DNA from: Caecitellus pseudoparvulus
Taxonomy: Eukaryota; Protista; Bigyra: Bicosoecida
Assembly (NCBI GenBank): GCA_965644315.1
Contig: CBFFRQ010000030.1
Coordinates: 372,001 to 436,000, forward strand
Direction: 5' to 3'
DNA length: 64,000 bases
Positions 44,434 to 58,100 of this stretch are shown in pieces; the first letter of the stretch is position 1, and each line of letters starts with the position of its first letter. The notes below the pieces were generated by a model. The model had not been told where the DNA came from. It searched no databases and worked only from the letters and a program-made list of their open reading frames with translations. The position numbers were made by a program, and so were the translations under genes.

Positions 44434-45782
44434 TCAACCCAGGATGTCCGCCAACGCAGCATCCAGGTCATCGTCACCCAACGAGTCAGGCCCGGCCCCC
44501 GGCGCCGCACCGCCCTCCGTGTCAGGTGCTGGTGCAGGCAGCACTGCGCCTGCCCGAGGCGGCTTGACAAAGACGCCGCCGCCGAAGCCGGCCTCCGTCA
44601 CGTAGCCGTGCTTGGAGGGTGTGTAGGGGTCCATGAGGAAGGCAGAGTATGCCAGCAGGCGCGCCAGGCCACGCACCTCGGCGGTGACGATGGGCATGTG
44701 CACGATGTGAAAGTCCTCGCCGTACAGGACATCTACTTGCGCCAAGTACTTGTCCTGCATGCGGTTGCGCGCGCAGCACAGCTGGCAGTCGGCGTGGTCG
44801 CCGGGGCCGCCTTCTGGGAACAGCACCTGGTTCACGACGATGTTGTGCAGGTCGATGCCGAGGTCTGTGAGCTCCTGCACCAGGCGCTCCGTCTCGAACA
44901 CGGACAGGAACTCAGGAATGCACACGGGGACAAAGGTCGTGAGGTCTGGGTTGGTGAACTGCTCCTGCACGCTGGTGAAGGTGGCACGCAAGGAGTCCAG
45001 CATGCCGCCCATGCCGCCCTGCCCGCCAGCGCCGCCGCCCAGCATGTTCATGGCCATGCTGAGCAGGCCCCCCGAGCCGCTCAGCTTGTCCAGCAGGCGC
45101 AGAGCCGTGGAGGGCAGTGATAGCAGGCGCAGGGTGTGCCCGGTGGGTGCCGTGTCAAAGACGATGACGTCGTAGTCGTATGAGCTGAGAGTGCGCACGA
45201 GGGCGCCGAGGCCCATGAGCTCGTCGATGCCGGGCATCTGCATCATGCCCTCTGCGAGGCCAGAACCACCCAGCGCACTCTGCAGCGCAGCAGCCTGTGG
45301 GTTGGACGCCGCACTGGCATTGGCCTGCACTTCAGATGGGTCCATCTCCATGCAGGCAAGTCGACTCAATCCATGCACAGGTGTGGGCTCCGTGGAGAAC
45401 TTCTGGGCGAAGGCATCACTGCGAGGCGCGGCGGGAAGCTGCAGCGTGCTGCGGAAATTGCGGGGCACCCCCCTGTGAAAACTGCGCGCACCTGAGGTTG
45501 TGAGCGGGGTCCGTGGACACGATGAGCACCTTCTTGCCCCTTTCCGCGAGCTGCAACGGAGCAATGTGATGGTGAGGGTGTCTGGCTCGCATCGCTGGCG
45601 CGACGGAGCCGGCGCACCTGCACGCCGAGGCTGCAGGACACGGTGGTCTTGCCCACGCCCCCCTTGCCTCCTACGAAGATCCACTTGAGGGAGTCTTGCT
45701 CCACCAGGTTCATGAGGCTGGGTTCGCAGAAGATGTCCTCTTCTCCGAAGCCGGCCAGCCCAGAGGGGCTGTCGCTGGCCAT
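44434..45782 (-). CDS. GET3: GET3/ASNA1/TRC40 ATPase (tail-anchored protein targeting), 3 exons
   Basis: [65 protein letters not shown], CxxC. Confidence 0.95.
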
Positions 45783-45979
45783 GGCGGTTGCGCCGTGCGC
45801 CAGACAGCCTGTACCCGGCGCTGGGCAGTAGCCCCTGCCCTGCTGGTGAGGGCAGCCCGTCCTGCGTGGTTCTTTTCTGCATTTGCTTGTGTTGTGGGCC
45901 TGGGAGCCGCTCGCCTCACCTGCCAACGACGCAGGCAGGGGTGTCAAGGGGGGGTGCGCGGCCCCAGGACACCCGCACC

Positions 45980-46945
45980 TTACGAGCCCTTCTGGGCCTT
46001 GAGTGTGCGCACAGCGGCGCCCAGGCGGTGCTGCGCCCGGTTGGCGATGTCGATGGTGGGGTCGATAGCCAGCACCTTGCGGATGTCTGCCAGCGCGATG
46101 CGGTAGCGCTCCTTGGCCTCCAGCGCCAGTGCGCGGCGAATGAGCGCCTTCACGTTGTTGGGCTGCACCTCCAGCACGGCCGTCGTGTCGTCGATGACGG
46201 CGGAGAAGTTGGACAGCTGCTGGTTGCACGCGGCACGGTTGTTCATGATGCTGCAGGCGAGGTCGGAGGTCTTGTCGGTGACAGCCTTCAGCGCGGCGGT
46301 GTACTTGGGGATGGCGCGCTCGAAGTCCGCCGCCTTGAACAGCTCGTTGCCCTCCTCCTTGAGCTTCTCGGGGCCCTGCAGGCCAGCCTTGCGTGCAGCC
46401 TCCACCTCAGTGTACCGCCCCCGCACCTGTGCCAGCAAGTGCTGCAGGTCCTCGTTGTCCGGGAAGTGCATGAGACCCTTCTCCACCAGCGCCACGCCGT
46501 CCTTCAAATTGGCGGAGCCGTCCAGGTGCATGAGCGCGTTGCCGGCGCGGTGGTAGCCCTTCAGGAACTTGGGGTTCAGCGTCACGCACTGCCTGCCATC
46601 CGCAGCAGCCTGCAGAGGGGGCGGCGAGCGAGGGGCAAGTGGTTGGCACCAGCGCCGAGCCTGCGCAGGGCACGCCACGCACAGCCTCGTAGTTGCCAGC
46701 GGCGAAGTGGGCCATGGAGCGGTTGCTGTAGTAGACATGGTTGGTGTCGTCCAGAGCAATGGCCTCAGTGTAGCAGTCCACCGCCTTGGCGTAGTCGCCC
46801 GCCTTGTAGAACTCGTTGCCCTCCCTGCGCAGGGTTGGGTTGGAGGTGTGGAAGACGCCGGCAACACCTGCGCTCCGGCGTGGCAGTCCACCGCCGTGCA
46901 GCGTGCGCGAGGGACTCACGCCTTCTTTGCGTCACCAGCGCTCAT
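45980..46945 (-). CDS. Two-clamp TPR co-chaperone (STI1/HOP/TOM34-like), 3 exons
   Basis: [31 protein letters not shown]...YYSNRS and [26 protein letters not shown]...[10 protein letters not shown]...KALIRRA, both carboxylate-clamp TPR domains. Confidence 0.85.
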
Positions 46946-47192
46946 GGTGGCGAGGGTGTGGAACGTGGAAAGGGGGGTCTACGGAGGGGCAAGGAACGCG
47001 TCAGTTGCAAGGTGCGGTTTTTGCCACGCACCGCCGCCGAACTCACTCAAACAGTGCGCACGTGCGGCACTTGCAAGGGGCTGAACACCGACGGTGGAGG
47101 GGTTCATGCAGAATGGGAAAGTGTGCCTGGAGTCTGCATTGCCACGGGCCGCGCGCTTGCCATATCGCCGACCTCACGCCTCGCGCAGCATT

Positions 47193-48397
47193 CTACGACG
47201 ACACTGGTGCGGTGGGGGGCGGCGGCATGCCCGGCATGGGGGGCGGCGCCGGCATGCCCACACCTGCCATGGACGGTGGTACCCGTGAGCCAGCGGCAGG
47301 TGCCACGCCTGCTGCCATCCATGCCGGGATGGGGGGTGGTCGAGGGGGGGGCGCGCCGCTTGGCAGGGGCGGCGGCATCATCCCATACGGCATGCCGGCC
47401 TGGGGCGGGAACTGCTGGTGGGGCGGTGGGACAGGGGGCAAGTACCCTCCAGTCATGCCCCCGTACATGCCCGGCATGGGGGGGGGTCGCGGCGCAGCGG
47501 AGGGGGGCGGCCTGGACCCCACCATGCGGGCGTTGGACCGGACCACGGTGACCTCCCCTGGCGCTGCTGCGAACATGGTGTGCGGCTGCAGCTTGGTGCC
47601 GCCCATGATGTCTCCGCGGGGTGTGGGCCCACCGCCCTCCGCTGCTGCCTTGGCAGCTAGAATGCGCTCAGCCTGGGAGCCGTGACGCTCCCCAGGCGCG
47701 TCCTTCCGGTACGCGTACTGCACGACAATGGGGCGGTTGGCCAGGAACTGCCCGTTCATACACTCGATGGCGAGGTCGGAGGCCTCGAAGGAGTCGTACT
47801 TGACGAAGCCGAAGCCTTTCGTGCCGCCCGTGTCCAAGTCGCGCACGATGTGCGGCGTGTCGATGATGCCGCCAAAGGCACAGAAAGTGTCGTACAGCAT
47901 CTTCTCATCCACGTCTTCTCCCAGGCCGCCGATGAACAAGTTCGCGCCGACGTCCAGGTTGCGCTTGTCTGCTGCGGATTTTGACAGGCGCAAACTGCGC
48001 CCGTACACCTTCACCATGTTCAGCACCTTGATGGCGTACTCTGCATCCAGCTCGCCACGGAACTCCACGAAGCCGAATCCTCGGTGTCGTGAGGAGACAG
48101 GGTCCTTGGGCATGGACACGGACACCACTGGGCCCACCTGCACCATGAGCTCCCACAGCAGCTCCTCGTCCACCTGCGCCGCAGGGAATCGGGGGGGGGG
48201 GTGCCAGCGGGGCGGAGCAAGGCCGCCGGCTGCAGCACCACGCACCTGATCATCAAGGCCACCTACGTACAGCGTCGCTTCTTGGTTGCGCTGCGCAGGG
48301 AAGGGGTAGGGGCCGGTGGGTGCAGCACAGCGCGCTTGCCTGCACCAGCTCCTCCTCGCACCTGCTGCACGGTGGATTGTGACGGGATAGCAGCCAT
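47193..48397 (-). CDS. SF3B4: Splicing factor 3B subunit 4 (SAP49/Hsh49), 3 exons
   Basis: [12 protein letters not shown]|[15 protein letters not shown]|[17 protein letters not shown]; two RRMs; [16 protein letters not shown]; [10 protein letters not shown]; [13 protein letters not shown]; Pro-rich tail. Confidence 0.95.
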
Positions 48398-49123
48398 GAC
48401 CGGCACAAGCGCAGGAGTGGAACGGAATGAGCTTCACTATTGGTGTGTGCCCCACTTGCCCCTGCCTGCTCCAAGGCTCAGCGCGGCTGGAGGAGCCGGG
48501 CAAAGTGCTGTGGCCCTTGCTCGATTTCCGCAGGCCGCGTGCAGTCAGACGCCCCACGCGCTGCAGGATTGAAAGTAGGGGCGATGTCCGCAAGAAATCT
48601 TGGACAAGTGCTGTGTCAGACAGCATTTTTGTGGATTGTGGCTCACCTGATGGCCTGCACTGTTGTTCGGTGTCAGGGGGTGCTGGACCGTGCTGTTTGC
48701 CTCGGTGATTGGGCAGGCGGCAGGGACTCAGGACGAGAAAGGCTCCAGCGGTTTGCGAGGACAAAGGCAGCATCGCGATGTTTCCATCACTGTTATCGTC
48801 TTCTTGACAGTTTGCAGTGGCTCTGTGCGCGGAACCTCTCACTCCGCAGCTGCTCCAGCCCATTTTACCCTGCGCACTGCTGAGCCTTGCGATTCACACC
48901 ACCAACAATTTCCAACAAGCCATGCCCACATGCGACGCGAGTTCCTCTGCGCCGCACGGTGCGTGGAAAAGCCCCACCCACTGCAGGTGGCGTGGACCAG
49001 CACAGTCGCAGGCCACGTCGCTGCGACACACGTGCTCTCCCTCTGGCCTCTGCGGCCGGTTAGCCTGTCCACGTGGGCTGAGCAGCCGTGGGCCTGAACC
49101 AGCAGTCACTTACTGTGCTTGAC

Positions 49124-52100
49124 ATGGGCCTGTCTCACTCACACCGTGCACCCCTACCGTTCAAGGAGCGGGTGCTGCGGGAGTATGTGAGCGGTGCTCC
49201 CTCGTACCGTTTCTTGAGCGAAGTTGTGCGGCTGTACTTGGAAGCCATCAAGGCGCGCGGACCCCTGTTGACGGAGGAATCCTTTGTGCACGTCTTCTCC
49301 TCTGTGTTGAGGGTAAGTGATGGGCTCAGCAGTGCCAGCCCACGCGTCGGCGAGCCTGGCTCACCAACGGCGCCTGCGCCCCTCCTTCCACGCAGACAGA
49401 CGCAGCGGCCCACTTCAACGCCATCTGGGACCGACCCCGCCCTCGAGGGCTGGTGGACGCACGGGAGACCTTCGGCGCTCTCGTGGCCCTCGCAGCTATC
49501 ACGGCTCTGGACCTGAAGCCGGTGGGGGCGGAGGGGGGCCCAGGGGAGGGCTACATCGCCCCCGGCGCCACTGGCTCAGCGTCAGGAGCTGAGGCGGTGA
49601 AGGCGGTGCGCCGCCGGGCCAAGGCCGCTCAGACCGCCCCCGGCTCCACTGTCACCCTGGCCAAAGACGTCATGTCCGTACCCTCCCTGCGCCAGCGAGC
49701 CAGCCTCCTCTTCGACCTGTTCACACAGGCCAGCCTGCCAGCCTCGGCGGGGGCCGTGACCACCGCCGCCACCCGAGCAGCGGCAGACTCCGAGGCTGGC
49801 CTGGTGGCAGAGGACGAAGAGAGTGACGCAGCGCTGCCGCCTGCCGAGCAAGCGGCCCGGGCTCGCGCCCGAGGGTCCAAGCGCCACACGGCACGGGAGC
49901 CGGGCATTCACTACCGCAAAGTGGTGCATTTGCTGGGGACAGTGGCCGTCGGCCTGAGCAAGCTCACAGGCACAGCGGTGCCCAGCACGCGGGAGCTGTA
50001 CGACGTCGCGGACAGGGCCTTCGGGCTGTCCTGGGATGCTGCTGCCGAGTCAGCGGCCGGGGCGTCGGGCAGCAGCCCCAGCAAGGTGAAGCCAGGCAGT
50101 GCCCACGGCGACGAAGCTGCGCCAGAGGGCGCCTGTTTCGACCCCTCTGCACCGGACGCAGATGCCGCGGCAGCGGGTGCCCGTGGCGCCAGCAGTGACC
50201 GGCGGGCGTCTGCGTTGCTTGCGCTGACTCGGCGGACTTTTGCGGAGTTTATCTCCACCGACGTGGGTATCCTCGGCTTCCTCTCTGGCCTGCGCAGCTC
50301 TGTGCGAGAAGCCACCCAGACGGCCCAGGACCTCAAGAACATGTTCTCCAGCTCGCTCCTGTTCCGAGACGGCTCTGAAGGCAGCTCCACTCGCCGTGAG
50401 GCTCTGCTGGCTGCACAGGAGGCCGCCGACAAAGAGCAGAGCCTGTGGACGCAGGCTGACGCCCTGTACGGCCAGGCGGGCGCCGCCAAGGGTGGCTCTG
50501 CCTCGCTGCGTCGCTTCCGGGCGCAGCGCATTGCCAAGCAGCTGGCACAGGAGGAAGCTGTCGCGGCAGGGGGCAGCTCGCCCCATGGAGGGGGCTTCGG
50601 ATTCAGCCCCACCCCCCCCCGTGCCGGCGGCAGTGGCGTGCACGCACGCGACACGCAGCAACGCAGTGGCAGCTCCAGTGTTGTGGCGGCGCACGCGGCA
50701 GCTCGGGCGGGAAGTACCTCCGGCTCAGCCTCCACGGTGGTGCTGGGTTCGCAGCAAGTTCACTCCCACAAGGTCGCAGCCCAGCTTCGCGCACACCCCT
50801 TGGACAAGCAGGCTGCCCTGCGCGCCGCAGTGGGCAGCGAGTACGAAGGGGACCGCAGCCTCCTGGCCGCCGAGCAGCGCCGTCCCTTCGCCGTCCGCAG
50901 CGGCAAGAGTGGCAAGCACGGCCACGCTGTGCGGCGGGGCGTGGGTGTGGGGGGGGACCTGCAAGACGCGCTGCTGGAGATGCCCATCCAGGTGCTGGGC
51001 TCCATCGGCCGCAGCTGGTACACCCACCCCCTGCAGCGTCTCACCTCCCGCGATGACGTGGCGTGGGCGCTGCAGGTGCTGGCGCAGGCCAGCCTCCCAG
51101 ACCCCGATGTCGTGCCTGGCACTACGAAGTCCCTGGCGCAGTTGTTCCAAGAACAGGCGGTGCACCTGGGCACCACCCGGCGTCTGCGAGGCTTGGAGGA
51201 CCAGGCCTACCGCAGTTCCTTCTGGGGGTCGGGAGCAGGGCACAGCCAGGCAGGGAGCAGCGGCGGCACCGGCAGTGGGACGACCCCCCTCACGCCAGGC
51301 ACCAAGGCTCAGCTGACCCAGCTCCGAACTGAAGCTGGCCTGTCTGGCGGCCCAGCCTCCCCGAAAGCCGCACTGCCGCCGGAAGCTGAGAACACCCCGC
51401 TGCTGTTCCGGTCAGTCCCTGTCGAGGCGCCCTTCCGAGGGCACAGCACCCCCCTGCACAGCCTCTTCTTCACTTGGCAAGCCAGCCTCGCCCGTGTGCT
51501 GCAGAGCGCGTACCTGATGGCGCCACACATCCCGGGCGGGCACCTGCCCCGCTCTGTGCCCCTGCCCCCTGCCACGCCCCTGCACGTGCTCCTGGGCGGG
51601 AAGGGTGGGCCCACCATCCCGCCTGGCCCCCTGGTATCCAACGAGGCTGTGCCCGGCACACTGGCGACCTGGCCCCTGCCACATCAGGCTTGGGGCGTGA
51701 TGGGGCGTGGCGAGGGGCCCTCGGTGTCTGTCTTTGGGCCAACCCCCCCTCACGACAGCACCCACGCGGGGCCCTCTGGACTGCCTGTCCTGCGGCACGC
51801 AGCTGCCGGGGCCCTCCTCGTCCTCTTGCATGCGCTGCAGCACTCTGCCGATCGGCACGGTGCCTCGCGCAAAGAAGGCGGGGGCTGGGCGGCAGCCGCA
51901 GCGAGCGAGCCAGCCCTTGCATTTGCATCCAGTGTGACAGCCCTGCTCAGCAGCGTGGCAGGGGGGGGAGGGGCGCAGCACCACGCAGCTATGCAGGCCG
52001 CTGTTCGGGCAGCCGCTGTACTGCAGATGACGCTGGCCCACAAGCGGTACGCTGCGGAGTATTTGGAGGGTATGCGTGGGCCCACCGCCTCCCATGTCGC

Positions 52101-55100
52101 CCCAGGCGCACCCCCTGACTCGCCGGAGGCGTTTGAGGCGCCAAGCGTCGCGTTTGCACGTCGAGTCAGTGGTGGGCCCACCTCTGACTCAACTGAAGGC
52201 AAGGAATCGCGCCGCCTCACCTTCTCCCCAGGTACAGGGGGGGGCGGGGCGGCCCCCTCCGGCACGGCGGCTCACGCTGCCATGCTGTCCCCCCTGGCCC
52301 GCCTGAAGGCACGTCGGGAGGCAGCCAAGGCGGCAGCTGCAGCAGCACCCCAGGCAGGGGAACACTACCCTGCTCCCGCCCTGCACTCTGCCCTGTTGGA
52401 GCTGGTGTCGGCACTGGAGTCCGTGGGGCTGGTGGAGCGCCGGGAGGAGGGTGCTGAGACCAAAGCAGCTCAGGCCGACGCACTGGCGGCTCTGTACCCG
52501 TCCCGACCCTCCGCTTCGGCGTCCCAGGCAGAGGGCCCGGAGGGGGGTGGTGGCAAGGATTCCGAAGAGGAGGCAGGGGGGGGTCCGCCTGAGGGGTATG
52601 GGGACTTGGGCGGCCCGCCCCCTGCCATTCCCGGCGCCGCGCGTGCCTCCGCATCGGGGATGTTTCGCCGCCTGCCCCCCCCTAACAATGGTGTGCCGTT
52701 CCAGCCCGCGTGGGGAGATGGCGTGCTCGACACGCTGAAGCGGCGGCGAGGACGAGGTCCCCCCGCCCTCTTGGGCCCAGGCGGTTTCCGGTACGCCCAG
52801 TCCGCCGACCCAGCCGATGCCCTGCTGTCCAACGAAGACACAACTGAGACACGCAACTTCGTGCACCGCCGGGTGAAGGCGGAGGAGGGTGGCGCCAGCC
52901 CCACACACGGACGGCGGGGGTCCAAGGTATTGCTGGACAGCGAGCTGTCTGGTGGAGCTGGGGGTGGCCGCCGGTCCATCGCCCAGCGAGCCGACTCTGC
53001 GCTGTCCACCGATGCCACGCATGCTAAGGGCGCCCGCACGACGGTGGACATGGCCTACCGCCTCGTGGGGTCCGGCGTCCCCCCTGCCGTGGCACTGGTG
53101 CCGCGCTACGCCGCCGTGTTCGACCCCCGCGGGGCTCACTCCCTGCACTCCCTCTTCTCCATCAAGACTGCCTCGGGCGTCTTCTCTGCCGCCGCACTCA
53201 AGGCAGCCACCGCCCAGGCCCCGGCCGAGGCAGGCTCCAGCGGGGGACCGGGCTCCCCCTCGACGCCGCAGGCGGACACGCTGCTGGAGGAGGTGGGCCT
53301 GGGGGCGCCCGACAAGCCTGTGAAGACCAGTCGAGCAGCGCCACAGGGCGCCTGCATGGGCATCCTGGACCACCACCGCCTGTTCCGTGTTCTCATGGGC
53401 TCCTTCATGTCCGCCCTGACGCAGCACGCAGTCAGGCGCGAGGCTGTGCTGGGCGCGGCGCGGGAGCGGGCGGCGGCGAAGGCTGCGCTGCGGCGCCGGC
53501 GGGTGGAGCGCGAGTTAAAATCGCGTGTTCTGGACATGGACGACAAGCGCAAGCGCAAGAAACGGCGCAGGGGCGGCCGAGCCTCCATGACGGGGGCAGG
53601 CCGAAGCAGACGCGGCAGCGCGTCCAAGGCGGCCCCCGAAGTGGACACTGCTGTGGAGACGCTGGTGACGCACACCAGCGGATGGACCCTGGACGAGGCA
53701 GGCGTCGTGTACGATGTGTCATCGGATGACATGGTGCACCCTGACAGCGGGCACCTGCCGCCCTCAGCATACCGCACAGCTGCGCTGGAGGGGCTGGGGG
53801 GGTCAGGGGGGCGTCGAGGGGGGGGCAGTGCCTCCTCTCGCCGCAGATCTCGAGGGAGCACCTCCAGAGGCACGCCTGGCACGTTTCAGGCGGAAACCAC
53901 CAATGCCATGGGCTGGGGCGACTCGGACTCAGAAGAGGAAGGGCGGGGGCGGGGTGACGTGGCCCGCCTGCTCAAGGGCAAGAGCGGCAGCATGGCCCCC
54001 TCGCCACCCCCCCAAGGCTCTCCCCCTGGGGCCAACACCCCGAAGAAGTCCCCCCATGCAAGCGACGTGAGTCTGCATGCCGCACTGGCCCATTTGACCG
54101 GGGGCGGCGGCAGCGGCGGGGGAGGACGAGTGGACCCTGTGTTCGCACCCCCCCCTGTGGGGGCCGTCGGGCCCACAAAGCTGCCTGCGCTGCAAGTTGA
54201 CCCAGAGGAGGTGCGGAGCAAGGTGGGAGACCGCCTGGACTGTGCACCGCCCGGGATGGTGGGCCCGCCTCCCGGTGTCCCGGGGACGGAGTTGCCGCCT
54301 CCAGGGGGCAACTCTGCCCCCGGTGGCGTGGCAGGCACCCTGGCCCGCATCCTGACTGTGCGAGGGGACGGTGCCGGCAGCCACGCGGAGCGCCGTCGAC
54401 GGACCAAGGCCTCCTCCCTGCGCCGCCTGTTGCTGTCCAGTCCCATCGTCACGACGTCCATGGCGGGCCTGGGCGTGTCGGGTCTCGGGCATGAGGAGGG
54501 CGAGGAGGAGGTGCCTCCGGGAACAGAGGCCTTTGGCGGAGCCCCTGACGGCAGTGTGGGAGACGGCACGCTCACCGTGCACCTGGGAGGCACCTACTTC
54601 GACACTGGCGTCCACTCCACCTTTGACACGCCGCCAGGCGGGTCTCTCTGGTACACCGCGCAGGATGCCGCCTGGGCTGCGGCACAGGCAGCCACAGCAG
54701 CTGCTGGGGTAGGTGCCGAGGGTGCTGGGGAGGGGGGGGACACCGTCCCCACTACGGGTCCATACGATGCTGTGTACGACCCCCTCCTGCCGTACATTGG
54801 GGGGGTGCAGCACAAGCACTGGCCGGAGCTGCAGCGCGCAGCGGCGGTGGCAGCCACCACCACCACCGCCCTAGCGCCCTGGCTCACTGCCGCTGCACAG
54901 CACGAGAAGGACATCGCGGCGGTGGGGGAGGCGTCCCCTCTGCGAGCCCGCCGGGCGGCGTCCATCCTCATGAACTCCCGCCAAGGCACGGTGCCGCCAC
55001 ACATCCTGGCGGTGACTCGGACACGACCTGGGGTCGTGGTGGTCGCAGTGCCCCCCCGTGCCGGACGCCGATTCGTCTTCCTGGATGCCGCCACCTTCAA

Positions 55101-58100
55101 CCGGGGAGGGGGGGGCTTCACCACCGTATCTCCACCCCCCATCCCCGGCTGGGGCGGTGGACCCATCGCTCCACCGCCGGTCTCCCGCACGGCATCCCCG
55201 TCGCGCCCGGTGCGCACGCCTCAGCAAGGCACGCCCCCCACCCCCGGCACAGCTTCCGACGGCGAACTGCGCAGTGCACGCAGCACCTCCACGCGGTCCA
55301 TGTTCCAGGCCAAGGTCCGGGCCATGGTCATCGCTGGCCGCCTGGGCTCCCCCTCAGTCGGCGCAATCCCGACGGGCGCAGGGGTGGACACACCTCTGCC
55401 AGACCCGGGCGCCGGCATCGCGCCGCCTGGCACCACCATCGGCGTCGTGCAGGCGGTGTATGGGCCCAGTGTCTCCGCGCGCCTGCCACCCCTCCCGCCG
55501 TCCCTCGGCTCAGGCCTCCTGCGGGGCGACTCGGTGAAGACTCTCGTGCATGGCGCCGCCTTGACTCCCCCCGCGGCAGCAACGGGTGTCCTACGGGGAA
55601 TGGTGACCACAATGGCGGGGGCCACAACCGGCCCTGCAGCAGTGGCAGGCGCCGCCACAACGGATGCTGTTTCCTCCGCCCTCGCCGCGGCCTCCTCGGC
55701 GGGCTTGGCGCTGCCCCTGCCAGCGCATGACCCAGCCTGGCACGCTGCAGCACCGGTGTTCCAGGCACCTGCGTGGGCCACGTTTGGCGCCCAGGCCGGC
55801 GTCGTCTGGTCCAGCACATACGCCCCACTGCTGTCCAGTGTGACGGAGGCACAACTTGTGACCCTTCTGGGGGTGATCGGGAGGACGTGGAGTAGCACTC
55901 CCCTGGGACGGGTCATGAACACTGGCTGGTCGGGCGTCTTTGTCCCCCCCGAGTCCCTGCCGGCAGCCCGCAAGTACCACCAGCAGCAGGAGCTCAACTT
56001 GCGCGCCGTCGTGCAGCTCATGCGCGAGAAGGGACAGGAGCTGGCCGAGGCGGAGGCTGCCGCTGCGCGGGAGGCGGAGGCCGCTCGCCAAAGAGACGCA
56101 TTCGGGCACAGGCTGGCACCCCACGAGTCGTCCAAGCGAAGTGAGGCGAGTGACAGTGCCGACTCCGCAGAGGAGCTGCCGTCCTCGCCGCCGGTGCTGG
56201 GTCACACTGCGACGCAGGCAGCGAGCAGCGTCGCCACCGACGCGCAGGCTGCCATCCACTCCGCCTCGTCGCACATGACGAAGTACCTCGCAGCCCTCGG
56301 CCTGCGGGAGGTGCATGACGTGCACGTGTCGCAGACTGGCGCCTCCATCGCCAAGGCCAGCCTGGACACGGGACGGGCGTTCATGGCAACCCTGGCGGCA
56401 GCAGCAGCCCACGCCGGCGCTGGAGCCAGCCTGGCCCGCCTGGCAGCAGCCGTCCGGGCAGCCATGGACGACGCCCTGCTGAGCCCCCGCCCCACCTCCT
56501 CCACCGCCTTCACGCAGCACAAGCTGGTGCTGCTGCAGGCGGCAGCGGGCCGCATGGCTGAAGTGGACTTGCTCCTCTCCCCCACACCCTTCCCGCTGAG
56601 TGTGTACCCCCTTCTCGCGGGTCCCGGGCGCCAGTTGGCGGCCTCCCTCGCCCCCATCCGCATTCCCGCGGCGGTGCTGGACCACCTCCCCGCCGCACTC
56701 GGCGCCCAGCGCCTGGAGACCAGCGCCGCAGAAGACGATGGGGAGGCACAGTCGCCTACCTCTCCCACGTCTGGCAAGTCTCGCCGCCGGGCTGGTTCGT
56801 CCCTAGCCCACCGGGGGCCAGTGCTGGGCGTGCCGCCACCGCACGGCACGTTGCAGGCGTTCGCAGTGGTGCCTCCCCCCCATCCCCTCAAGACCGGCGC
56901 CTACCACCCCTTCACATCTGCTCCCCTGGAGGACTTGGTGGCCCCCCCCTTCCAAGGCAACACCGGCGATCGGCCGGCTGTCGTCACGGAGGGGGTTCAC
57001 GCCAACGCCAGCACGCAGGCGCCCCACGGCGCATTAGGATTCCCCCAGCACACGCCGCTGTACGTGGACCAGAGCCTGCATGCCCTGGCACACATGCTGA
57101 CCACAGCTGGACCCGCCGTTGCCGTGGCTCAGGACGCCTCCTCCCAGCCGCACGACATCGCCGCCATCGCAGACCAATTCCAGTTCCTCCGGTACGTGGC
57201 AGAGGACCCGTACGCCATCCTGCTCCGCGCCATGGACTGCACGGTGGAGGAGGCCGCCCTGGAGAGCATCAGCATGCCAGTGCAGCCGGCACCACGCCCA
57301 CGAGGACGGGGCCCTGTCCTCGGTGCTGATATTCTCCGCGCGGCCGGGGTGGAGCTGGAGCCGCCCTCTTCTCCCCGCAGCAGCCACCGCCGCCGCCGCA
57401 AGGGCAGCAGCAGCAGCAGCGGGTCATTTCGTGGCGCACACCGTGCCAGTCATGGCAAGGGCTCGGCTAGGGGGCATACCGAAGGCGCCGTGCAGGGCCA
57501 GGTGTGCGGACACGGGGCGCAACCCGCGTGGGACGCTGAAGTGCGGGATGCATGTGCAGAGGGTGCCGGTGCCCGAGTCGTGCGAGTGAATGTGGACACG
57601 CCTCTCCTGGAGGCCTTCATGCTGCTGTATGAGCGCGGGGCGGAGGCTGCTGCAGTGGTGGCCACGCCGGGCCAGATCCTGCAGGGCGGCGCACAGGTGC
57701 TGGCACAGCGAGCTGCTGCCTGGGGCGTGACAAAGGAGTACCTGGAGCATGTCTGGGGACTGCACGGGGCGGCGGGCGCCGGCAGCATGGAGGCGGCTAT
57801 GGCTGCCGCCGCCGCTTCGTCTGCGGAGCCTCTCGACAGCAGTGCCAGTCCACGAAGCGCAGGGTCAACGTCAGACCGAGCCGCCTCGCCTCGCACGCCC
57901 TCCCGGCAAGGCAGCAGCCGCGGCAAGAGCAAGGGCAAGAGCAAGGGCAAGAGCAAGGGGCGGCGCAAGAAGAAGGCACAAGTGGGGGGTGTGGGCGGCG
58001 GGGCAGAGGGCAGTGCGACGGGGGCCACAGTGACAGCCCCTGCTTGTCTGCCGCCATCGTGGGACGGCATCCCCTCCCTGACGTCCCTGACGAGCGGCGG

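Noticed and set aside
48398-48863. N-terminal extension of the 556-aa SF3B4 ORF in the track
   Set aside because: The conserved protein begins at the spliced [12 protein letters not shown]|RNQEAT. The extension is open-frame read-through of UTR and intron sequence.
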